From Lytechinus pictus (taxonomy: Eukaryota): a stretch of 64,000 nt of DNA. The stretch is from the NCBI RefSeq assembly GCF_037042905.1, contig NC_087252.1:17920001-17984000 (forward strand), given 5' to 3'. The translations under genes were made by a program, and so were the position numbers. Below are positions 24,413 to 35,974 of this stretch, piece after piece. The notes beneath the pieces were generated by a model. That model saw only the letters and a program-made list of their open reading frames with translations, made no database searches and was not told where the DNA came from. Positions within the stretch are counted from its first letter, which is position 1; the number at the start of each line of letters is the position of its first letter.

Positions 24413-26170
24413 CACAGTGGGCCGGGGTGAAACAAAAGTGCGCCAAAAGTCATTTTGGGCAATTTCAGATTTTTATTTTTTTGTCATGCCCAGCTGAAAG
24501 ACAACACTTTGAAGAATGCTTCAGCAAAATATTTCGTTCCGGAATTTGCATAAAGGTTGTTATTTTGCTATTTGTTATAGGAATCTGAAATGGCTCCCAC
24601 ATAATCCTGATATATTATTTTGTGTGTGTGAAAGGGTTCAAAGTAGATAAGAGACACCTTTCAGGAGGTTTATAGGATGATTATTCCTCGAAATAGGCTG
24701 AAAATCCATATTTTTTGCATTTACATTAGAAACGTTTACATTTCCGTGGATTTCCGTCTAAATTCTATAAGCATCATTTTTCCCGATGTCTAAGCTTTAA
24801 GTCGATACCAATTTTAGCTGCCCGTTTTTGCCCGTTTTCATGTTAGAGCCGATTTACTGGGCACAACACCCCCAAAAACCTGTTCAAAAACAGTCATTTT
24901 TATACCGCGCAGTCATCGTAGCGCACCGTATGGGTGTACATTGCCGTTCGCTTTTGCACGGCGAGGACGATTCCCCCTTCCATTCCATAAAAGTGACATG
25001 AATTCTGGGCATAATGTAAACAAAATAAAGGTTGCTAACACAAATAAGGGATATACCCACAACTCTTCCAGAGATTAAAAAAAAACTTACTTGTAGAATA
25101 ATTTCAGCCAAAAACACTCTTCATAGTGATACATTCGTGGTGTTATATACTCTGCGTTTTACACAAGTCAACACAGCTTGATCAAGCACGGTAGATATTT
25201 TCAGATTTTAAAGGGTTTTTTATAAATCTAATTAATGATCATTTTAATACCATAAGATTATTTTCGGCATCTCATACACACTTTTTAGGCATGTGAGAAG
25301 CATAAACCAACATTCACTCTGGTCAATCTTAAAGTAGCACATAACACAAAGTTTATATACTACACATCGTTTAGCGTAATTTGTCTTTTCGCAGCTAGGT
25401 TTTAAAGGTCAAGTCCACATCAGAAACATGTTGATTTGAATCAATAGAGAAAAATCAGACAAGCACAATGCTGAAAATTTCATCAAAATCGGATGTAAAA
25501 TAAGAAAGTTATGACATTTCAAACTTTCGCTTATTTTTCACAAAATAGTTATATGAACGAGTCAGTTACATCCAAATGAGAGAGTCGATGATGTCACTCA
25601 CTCACTATTTCTTTTGTTTTTTATTGTTTGAATAATACAATATTTCAATTTTTACAAATTTGACAATTAGGACCTCCTTGCCTGAACCACAAACCGTTAA
25701 AATAATGGAATTCCACGTGTTCAGGGAGGAATGAAACTTCATATCACATGACAATGACGAGAAAATCAAAATAATTCATATTTCATATAATAAAATACAA
25801 AAGAAATAGTGAGTGAGTGATGTCATCAGTTCCCTCATTTGCATACCGAACGAGATGTGCATATAACTGTTTTGTGAAATGAAGCGAAACTTTAAAATGT
25901 CCCAACTTTCTTATTTTACATCCGATTTTGATGAAATTTTCAGCGTTATGCTAGTTGGATTTTTCTCTTTTTATTCAAATCAAGTTTTTTTTTGGGGTGG
26001 ACTTGTCCTTTAAGTAGCCAATCAATTGTTTTATCAAGGTGAGGTTATATCGGCTTTAAATTATGTTCAGTGATTCTACGCCCAAAATTACCCATAAACA
26101 ACATGTTAAAGTAAAAATCTAACACGGAATATAATTTTGGCGCACTTTCAACTCATTCTGGCCAACTGTG
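24413..26170. mobile_element. Non-autonomous Transib/RAG-like element
   Basis: TIRs of about 37 bp: CACAGTGGGCC...AAAGTGCGCCAAAA and (reverse complement) CACAGTTGGCC...AAAGTGCGCCAAAA. The 5-bp GC-rich flanks are CGCCG and AGCCG. Confidence 0.75.
25406..26009. mobile_element. Kolobok-like non-autonomous element nested in the Transib-like element
   Basis: TTAA on both sides, termini AGGTCAAGTCCAC / GTGGACTTGTCCT, long internal inverted segments. A second copy lies at about 52703-53275. Confidence 0.75.
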
Positions 26171-26599
26171 AGCCGCTGCTCCGAACCATGCAATTTTCAA
26201 TCCCAGTTTAGCTGCAAAAGGGATTATTATTTCTTTAATTTTCGAGGCTACACAGTTATTCCGTCAATATTTTGCATACGTTTCCATAGGCTACGGGGCT
26301 TTTTTTATGTTGCTGCTCAGTTTAATGGCCAAATGTTTATACGCAATTATATTATAGATGATGCGTAATGTCTTACCTGTTCTCTTGTCTGAGCATATGA
26401 AAGGCTGCCAGCAGATATCTATTAATACAATGATAATAATAACTAGCGTTAATATATTTCGAAACGACGTCTTAGCCAAAACTCTGAACGACTCTGTATT
26501 CCTCCACCCACCATACTAATTTGTATTCGGGTCGTCCTTCAACCCGTTTTGTTATCGTACTTGCAATAGGCCTAATTCAAGAACCATAGACGGATCCAG

Positions 26600-28360
26600 C
26601 GGGATTACTCATCCTTTTCACGATTTACAAAACATGAACAGATTGTCCCATATTTTCAGGGGTAAATCTCGAACTTTTCCGCTCGCGCTTCTCGCTCTCA
26701 TCAATTGTTTAGTTATATACTTATCCTTTTAACGATTACAAAAAGTGGTTAGAATTTCCATTCTTCAGATAAAAATGTCAAAATTTTGCAGCTCGCGCTT
26801 CGCGCTCCCATTATTAGACTGTTGAAATATGTAACGTCTTTATGGCTAACTGCAAGCAGCCGTTAACAGATCCTTTTTGATCAGATCAAAACGTATATTA
26901 CAAATTTCTGCTCGCCAATTACTCATCCTTTTCACGATTTACAAAACATGAACAGATTGTCCCATATTTTCAGGGGGTAAATCTCGAATTTTTCCGCTCG
27001 CGCTTCTCGCTCTCATCAATTGTTTAGTTACTGTATATACTTATCCTTTTCATGATTACAAAACGTGCTTAGAATTTCCATTCTTCAGGTAGGAATGTCG
27101 AAATTTTCAGCTCGCACTCGCTATATTGATTTTCATGATAAAAAGGGTATTTGGTGTATATTGACTTGAAAATTTGATTTTTAGTACAAAAGGATTATAA
27201 TCTCATCAATCAGACAATGCGAGCACCGGGAATGATGAACACATACAGACACTAAGCATATTTATGCTTCACAAAGTCATGAAAGAAACGATTCTCAGGC
27301 GCGGATCCAGGAGGGGGCCGAGCCGGCCCCGGTCCCCCTATTTTTTGACAACCTGCAGAAAAAATGTACTCTTAAACTTGATAGAAACTATTAAAAACAG
27401 AAAGAAAAGTAAGAAAGAGGTATCACACCCATGATGTGTAATTTACAGCCTCGTAACGGCCGGCCCGACCCCGAAAAGAAAAAAGAAAAAGGTGAGGGGA
27501 AGAATTGGAAAATAGACTTTATATAGTCTATTTTTCGCTCGCGCTTCGCGCTCGCATTGCCTGTGTAGTGAATCCCATTCAAGAGGATTAAATGGCACCT
27601 ATATATCCAGTTCTGAAATCAATTTGCACACAATATTTTAGCTAGCACATCAAGCTTTCATTATTTTGTTTGATTTACAGAAATTGTTTATATATATCAA
27701 AATTTTCACCTCGCGCTGCGCGCTCGCATTGTTTGATTTGTGAGTTACCTATCCTCTTTGGAAATTCTTACCAAAATTTGTCAAAATGCTCCTTTATCAT
27801 GTCAGTATATAAAAAAATTAAGCTCGTGCTTCGCGCTCGCATTTAATTGTTTGAGACACACAGTTTGTTCTTTATCTAAACAAAAACGCGCTTAGACTTT
27901 TCCAGTTTTCAGGTCGGAATATCAAAAATTTTGAGCTCGCGCTTCGCACTCTCATTTATTTGGTGATACTTGTATCCTCTCCATTAATCATTAAGAAAAC
28001 AGTCCCTATTGAGTGAGTCCCTTTTCATGTTACTATCATAAAATTTCGGCTCGCGCTGGCATTGTTTAGTTGGATACTTATCTTTTTTTCATGATTATAA
28101 AATCTCCTCAGAATCTTCAGGTCTAAGGACAAAAATATCAAAGAATTTGAGCTCGCGCTTCGCGCTGGCATTATATATTAAGACCACATGAGCTACCCTA
28201 TCTTGTTTATAACAATAAAAACTAACATATACTTAAAACTTCAGTCTTTAGTTAGGACTACCCCCTGAAAAAAAATCAGATTATAGCGGCCAATCGAGAA
28301 AAATGTTAATCAAAATATTTTCGCCCCCCCCCCTATTGGCGTAAGCTGGATCCGCCCCTG
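26600..28360. repeat. CTCGCGCTTCGCGCTCGC-motif repeat family, partly within an hAT-like element (about 27296-28360)
   Basis: The motif recurs every 100-150 bp. Termini CAGGCGCGGATCCAG / CTGGATCCGCCCCTG. A local duplication pairs about 26605-26800 with about 26918-27115. Confidence 0.65.
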
Positions 28361-28639
28361 ATTCTTATGTAATATATGATATAGATAATGTGGCGTGTGA
28401 TACGTCAAACAAACAGTACCCAAGAATCAGACCACCACTAGTCCTCTATGTTGGTATACATAACATGCAGACAGTGTGAGCGGTTCAATCTGCAATTTTG
28501 ATACAGAGTAAACAATAATAAGTACATATATTGACAGTAAACGAACTTGAGTATAAACATGTCATCTAGAAATAATATGTCTATTGTATCAGATTTCCTA
28601 AACAAAAACATGTTTTTGTTTAGGAAATCTGATATCAAT

Positions 28640-29621
28640 TAGAGCAAAACCGATTGAAACCAGTTGGCCATCTGGTTTCAATAGGGAAATTGGAACAACT
28701 GATTCCAATTGAAACCAGTTGCCAATTGGTTCCAGTTAAAACATATTGGGCAACTGGAACCAGTTGTCAATTGGTTCCAGTTAAAACCAATTAGGCAACT
28801 GGTTCAATTGGTTCCAGTCGAAACTTCCAGTTGGTATGAACTTAATTAGTTACAAATTAATTAATATTTGAACTAACTATTGCTCATGCCAACAAAAAAG
28901 CAGTGTTATGTGTCTCTTGATACCAATATAAAGAGCATAGATAAAATAGACTTTCATATACAGTTATATGAAAGATCTTCAAATATATGTATTTGTATTT
29001 GATGATTTGGTAACAGTTAGTGGTGTAGTACTATCATCTTATAATATGTTTTAATTATAATCTAAAACATTTATGAACATGGTTTTCACTGCTAAGCATT
29101 CTAAACACTTATCTGAAACAAGTATGGTACTTGAAATGGAAAATGATGATGAATCACATAATACATTAATCTTTGCACACTGGCATATAATATGCAAATT
29201 AACTGGTTTCTATTGGAACCAGTTGGATAACTGGACAATTTACAATTGGAAACCAATTGGAAGTCATTTCCAATTACCCAACTGGATCCAGTTAGGATTT
29301 CCAGTTACCCAACTGGTTCCAGTTTTATTTCCAGTTACCCAACTGGTTCCAATTCGAATTAATTTCCAGTTAATCACCTTTCCAGTTAGGATTTCCAGTT
29401 ACCCAACTGGTTCCAGTCAGGATTTCCAGTTACCCAACTGATTCCAGTCAGGATTTCCAGTTACCCAACTGATTCCAGTTAGGATTTCCAGTTACCCAAC
29501 TGGTTCCAGTCAGGATTTCCAGTTGCCCAACTGGTTTCAATTGGAAATTGTTATATTCCAGTTAAAACCCATTGAAACCAGTTAGAAATCCAACTGGTTT
29601 TAATTGGATTTTGGTCCTGGG
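28640..29621. mobile_element. Foldback element with subterminal tandem repeats (TTCCAGTTACCCAACTGG)
   Basis: The left block (28640-28835) and right block (29200-29621) are built from mutually inverted CCAGTT/AACTGG units. Confidence 0.65.
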
Positions 29622-30780
29622 CAAGTACTTCAACTTGCAAATCTATTCGACAAGAGTGCCGTTGACACGTTTCAAGGTCAGTAGCGGACCGTGACCCGGA
29701 GGAGACAAATTAGCATGGGGGGGGGGGGCGGCACTGCATTGGCTGTGAACAATGCTGTGCCCCCCCCCCCCCCCCGTGCTCTGTCTCCTCCGGGTCAAGG
29801 TCATATCAATTTCTATACTAAATGTCATGTAATGCACTAATTATGTACATAAAATTCACATTTTTTGTCAAACAACTTCTTTACTGCAAATAAATTAAAT
29901 AAGTCTTTAAAACGCGTCATATGTTAAAATAGTAAATGTCAATGCATTCATCACGTGCCCGAAGGCGCCAAATTCAAGTTTCTTGACTGAACACAACGCC
30001 ACGTACGACTGTACGGTTTATATTACGTAATGCACATAGACGGTGCACGTATACGGCGTTTTCATGTGAACAAATTCACTCGGCCTACATAACTTTGACA
30101 CATTAATTTAATTACTTAAGAACCATATTTCAGCATGCCACTCGGATTATCTGATAACATAATTAATAAACTTTAAGATAAACAAATAATACTCACGTCA
30201 TTGGGCTCGTATCACTAAATTAAAGAAATTAAACAACATCTATGGACAAGCAACACGCTTCCCATCACCAGACATAATAGCAATATACGCCCTCAATCGG
30301 TATTCACATCTATATATCTATATCATCGATTTACAAGACGAGACAAAGAAAGTCATCATAACAAATTGAGAAATCACTAAAAACTTCATCCTGTACACGA
30401 CAAATAATATGCCATATTATAATATAATATACATTTTTTCTTCTCCCCCACTAAGTTTCTCTTTCTTTCTCCCTCTTTTTTTCCTTTTCCCCATTTTATT
30501 ATTATTTTTTTTTTTGCCAGCCGATTGGGGTGGTACTTTCAGGTGCTAATGAACACCAACAAATTAAACTATTTGCCGAAATGGGAATCTTTGAAGAACT
30601 GTGCACATGAAGGATTGCGAAAAAGAAATATATATATCTTACAAAATTAATAATACAACCCCAAAGCTTGAGCTATGTTTTATTTCACGCATTTTAACCA
30701 AGAAACGGAACATTCTGTGTATATTTTTTTGTAATCATTAATATAATGAGTTTCTATACTATCGATGAGAGAGAGAAGCA

Positions 30781-31207
30781 CCCGGGGGGGGGGCACTCAG
30801 TATATAATGCATAGTGGGTATGTGCCGCGGAGGGGACCCCCATTTTTACACTCAAATTTCCGTTCCAAGGCATAGCATTTTTGTCTTATTGAGAAAAAGA
30901 ACAAAGAAAGCCGCTCCAAAGCATAGCATTTTCTTCTTATCGAGAAAAAAGAAGAAAGAAATCCGCTCCAAAGCTTCGCATATTTTTCGTTACGCCGTTC
31001 CGATCGCATTGATCTGCTACAATGAGCTGCAATTTTGAAAGCGGCCGCAAAGCGCTGTCCGACCATTTTCACAAACATTTGTAGTTCCGAAGGCCCGTTC
31101 CGAGGACTCTCCTTTTTGCAATAAGCCCGCTCCAAGGCCCCCGTTTTTTGTCTCGCCCGCGGCACACCCCTACCACTTTTTTGGTCGAGTGCCCCCCCCC
31201 CCCCGGG
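30781..31207. mobile_element. MITE with CCCGGG(G)nCACTC TIRs
   Basis: Exact 8-bp TSD GAGAAGCA. A similar TIR type occurs at 50977-52296. Confidence 0.8.
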
Positions 31208-33779
31208 GAGAAGCACGAAATAATTTTCTTATATATGCTAATAGGAGTGGGCTATAAATGGGTGATTTTTGGTTTTACTGTGGCAACAGTATTCCTTTCA
31301 CCTTATCTCAACATGAAATGACAATATTTTTTGTCTCGACTCCGAGAAAAAAGTGTGCCGGGCCAAAATCCAAAATGGCCGCCAAAATTACCCCCAAAAT
31401 CACAGTTTTGGCCACAACTTCTTTATTTGGTGGTCCATTTCTCTGGTTTTAGTGTCTTCATATATGCTTTCTGTGGCAGGCAATTTGTTTTTCCTAAAAT
31501 CGGTAGTTTTAAACCATTATTTGTAGAGTTAAAGGTGATTTTTACTTAAATTTTCCCATTTTTAGACCCCCATTTTAGCCCCAAATTAGATTCCATCGTC
31601 TCGTGGTTCTTGGATATTAGATGATACAAGTTGATCAGTAGTAAGCAGCTTCATATAGCTATATTGCTTTTATTCCTCTAAATTGGGGTTGACGGATATT
31701 TGCGAAATACATCTCATCAAATAAGATAAAATGTCATTTTTCCATAGGGGCTGTACGGTATACAACGGTATCCATGCATTGACCACCATGACATATATAA
31801 CAAGTCCTGTATATAAACTATAGTGTCATAAGTGAGCTCCTGATGTGTAGAATGAGATTGTGACTGAATTTGATTGCTTGTTAGCAGATGTATATGTAAC
31901 CGGATGATATACATTGCACATAAGCATATCCGTGTACATGTATACGTACATCACATTTTTAGCCATATCTTCTTAATTTGGGGGCTTGTTTTACCTGGTG
32001 GTCTAACCCTATGTTTATGGGGTCAGGTATTAAGGTAACACTGATCAACGGCCAATCAGAATCAAGGATTAAGTTACCATTTGATGGAAAAGTTCAGAAT
32101 AGCCACAGTGTAAGTGCCATAATGTGGAGTTGACTATAATCCATTGTTAATATTTTCCTCTCTCCACCCCCTGAATGAGCATAATTGACAAAAAAAATGT
32201 CTTCAATTTCTGAGACAAAACATGCAGTAACATCAATTTCTTAATAGCTCATTTCTATGACACTACGAATAAGAGCAATATAGCAAGATGAAAATACTTG
32301 CTATTGTGGAGTTTGTATCGTCCAACATCCAAGAACCGCAAGACGATGAAACCTTATTTTTGGCTAAAAAAAGGGTCTAAAAATTTGTAAATTTAAGGAA
32401 AATTACCTTTTAACTATACAAATAATGTTTTTTTAAGTACCCATTTCAGTTAAAACATTATAACAGAAATATACATCAATTTAAACATATAATCTTTCTA
32501 AAACATATATAGAGAGAGATTGAAAAACTTATTAAAGAAAGAAACAAGCAAAAAGTAACACAAATTATGCATGTTATGTGCGATTTCAAAATCTCGTGTA
32601 TTAACCCTTTTATTGCGATGAGGCCAATACTTTTGTATATTAATAGAGATACAAGTTTTTTTTTACTATATGTATATATATATATACACACAGGGGCGTC
32701 GATCCTTTTTTTAAGATTTGGGGGGCAACATCATGAATCAACTTTCCAAAGGCGCTCTATATCACACAAAACAAAAAAAATCACACAACAGCACACATAC
32801 ATATGCATATATGTTTATGTATTTATATTACTCGTGAGATAGAAATACATATCTCACCAACAAATTAATGCGAGCGCGAAGCGCGAGCTGAAATTTTTCA
32901 GTATACTGACCTGAAAACAGGAAAAAGGTGCCTGTTTAGGACTGTTTGTAGTAACTCATGAGGAGGATACATATCTCACTACACAGACAATGCGAGTTCC
33001 GAGGGCGAGCTGAAATTTCTGTATATTCTGACCAGAAAGCTTGATATTCTATGCATTTTTGGTACCAATGATTAAGATGGGTATCTAAAAAAAAACAATA
33101 GATGCGAGCGCGAAGCGCGAGCTTAAAATTTTGATATTTCGATCTGAAAAAAAATGACAGTTTAATGGACGTTTGTAATAAAGAACAAGATTATATCCAG
33201 CAAAATATTATTGCAAATCGAAGCGGGAGTTCTTTTGACGTTTAGTCCTGAAAAAGGGACATTCTATTTACCTATTTAATCATGAAAAGTGTGGGGTTTT
33301 GGTTCAGAAATGATGCGAGCGCGAAGCGCGAGCTGAAAATTTTTATATTCCAATCTGAGAAGCGGATAATTTAAGCACGATTTTAAATAAAGAACGAGTT
33401 GTGTAGCTCAATCTCTATATACGACTGGTTGGGTAATTATACACTCCCGGTACTAGCAACGGGTTTTAGCAAAGTTTTGGGCTAAAATATCGAATCATCT
33501 TCATAAAACACTATAGTAGCTGTCTTAAACTAAAGGCCATAGAGGTGGCACAATGTAGAATGTGTAAAGAAGAAAAGTGACTAACCTTCTTTTTATTAAA
33601 GCTTTGGAAAATAAGATCAAAATTAAAGGATTTGCTTTACGCTTTTGTATGATTCTGGGATTTTTTAAAAAAAATTAAGATTTCATGACATCTGTCATTC
33701 TGTGGGCAACTGCCCCGCCCCAGTCCACTCTGTAAGGGCATGCGATAAGCTTTGTTATGACCATTCAACAATAAAATGT

Positions 33780-34860
33780 ATAACCAGGTGTCGCTGATCA
33801 TTCTTGACCGGCGCCGATCTAGATTTAGTTGGCAATAGGCCCTTCTTCATTATTCTACCGGCGCCTATTTATTGGAACTAGGGGACGCTGATTATTCTTG
33901 ACCGGCGCCGATTTAGAACAAGTAGTGCTGATTATTTTTACCGACGTCACGTAAGATTCAGGCAGCGGCAATTCATAATTGACTGGCGCCGTTTTAGAAC
34001 CAGGAGGCGCCGATTATTCTTGACTGGCGCCGATTTTTAACCAGGTGGTGCTGATTATTCTTGTCCGGCGCCGATTTAGATTTAGGTGGAGCTGATTATT
34101 CTTGATCGGCGCCGGTTAAGACTCAGGCAGCGCCGATTTATAACCAGATGGCGCTGATTATTCTTGACCAGCCCCGATTTAGATATAGGTGGCGCTGATT
34201 ATCCTTGATCGGCGCCGGTTACGAACTCAGGCAACGCCGATTTTTCTTTACCGGCGCCGATTTATAACCAGATGGCGCCGTTTATTGTTGCCCGGCGCCG
34301 ATTTAGATTTAGGTGGAGCTGATTATCCTTGATCGGCGCCAGTTAAGACTCTGGCAGCGCTGATTTATAACCAGGGGCCCGTAACACAAAACTTAGCAAT
34401 GATCGTAGAACATTTTTCTACGATTGATTCCATTGACCACAATGTACAATCAATCGTGAAAATCAAGCTTACGATTAATTGCTAACCTTTGTGTTACGGG
34501 ACCCAGATGGCGCTGATTATTCTTGTCCGGCCCCGATTTAGATTAAGGTGGCGCTGATTATCCTTGATCGGCGCCTGTTAAGAATTCAGGCAGCGTCGAT
34601 TTTTCTGTACCGGCGCCGATTTATAACCAGATGGCGCCGATTATTTTTATCTGGTGCCGATTTAGATTTAGGTGGCGCAGATTATCCTTGATCGGCGCCG
34701 ATTAAGACTCTGGCACAGTGCCGATTTTTCTCGACTGGCGCCGGTTTATATGGCGCTGATTATTCTTGTCCGGCGCCGATTTGGATTAAGGTGGCGCTGA
34801 TTATTCTTGATTGGCGCCAGTTATATGCAGGCAGCGCACTGCTGATTGTTTTTAACCGGC
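33780..34860. repeat. Degenerate GGCGCC-rich minisatellite, sub-units about 20-40 bp
   Basis: Repeated GGCGCTGATTATTCTTGACCGGCGCCGATTTAGA-like units, interrupted by a MITE. Confidence 0.85.
34375..34503. mobile_element. Harbinger-like MITE inserted in the minisatellite
   Basis: TIR GGGCCCGTAACACAAA / TTTGTGTTACGGGACC. A 3-bp TSD CAG follows from the uninterrupted unit ATAACCAGATGG. Confidence 0.8.
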
Positions 34861-35562
34861 GAAGTTGTTGGGAAAAGGGTAGTTAAAAGAAAAGATAAGG
34901 GAGATGATATGATTGTGCTTTGCTGGGGGATAGTCTTTCCTTACTGTTGCTAATATTATATCAGTGTATAATTTTTCAAGCGGCGCCTTTCCTTTTCTTT
35001 CCTTTATTTTTATTTTTTCAAGCAGCGCCTTTTCTTTCTTTTACTTTCTTTTATTTTTTTTTGAGCGGCGCCTTCGGCGCCGCTCAAATATTAGGGGGGG
35101 TGGGGGCGCGCCCCCTGCGCCACCCCCTGGATCCGCCACTGGTTGCTGCAGCCTATGATATTATGTATTTCTTTGTGAATCTCCATTGTTATGGAGCGGT
35201 TAATTCTATAAACAAAATTGTGCAGCCCTTTGTTTATTCTTAAAGTTCTACATTGTAATGTCCATTGGGGCTTAAAATAGACAGGTGAGAAAAATTACTT
35301 TAATTATATTTATTTTATAAGAGATCACGGAAGGGGGAAATAAAATTACCAACTTCTGAAGAGGTATATAGAAGAAAAATTCTCAAAGAATGGAAGAAGA
35401 AAAGAAGATTGCAATCTATCAAACACATTTGTTTTTCTTTGTCGGTGCATTTTGAACTAATTAAGGGAGTTCACCATAAAACAAACAAAAATCATAAAGA
35501 GATAATTATACAAACGATCATCATGCATCGTTGACTTTTTGCAAGGCCCTATATACAGTATA

Positions 35563-35760
35563 GGGGGGGTATTCTGAAAAGTCTCATAAGTTTCCACTTA
35601 AATATCCTCATAAGTTACCCATTTAATGGAGCGCTAATAGACCTCCAAATTCGTATTCTGAAAACTCTATTAGCGCTCAATTAACTCCCTTTAGGCCACT
35701 CCCCACTCAAACTGATTTGACCAATCAGACGCGCTCTTACAATGTAGAATCGTCTGCTTT
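35563..35760 (+). mobile_element. Harbinger-type 5' terminus and promoter upstream of the Myb/SANT gene
   Basis: GGGGGGTATTCTGAAAA start, subterminal repeat GTATTCTGAAAA at about 35654, and CCAAT (GACCAATCAG) near 35720. The partner TIR was not found. Confidence 0.5.
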
Positions 35761-35974
35761 ACGCGCTGCGTCTTTCCCGTGTACAGACACCGCGGTGCGG
35801 CTACCCTGCTGTTGTTGTACTGTGTACAAAACGCGTAGAACAACATACACGAGTATTATCTATTACACTCACGGGTATGACCTATCGTCATCTCTCTCTT
35901 CTTTCCGCCGCATTCTCCGTCGACTTACACAGTGTTTCAAGAAAAACTTATTTTACACGGTGTCGATCACAGTT

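Noticed and set aside
35717..35974. N-terminal extension of the Myb/SANT ORF from a TTG start
   Set aside because: It overlaps promoter/UTR-like sequence. ATG 35975 directly precedes the domain.
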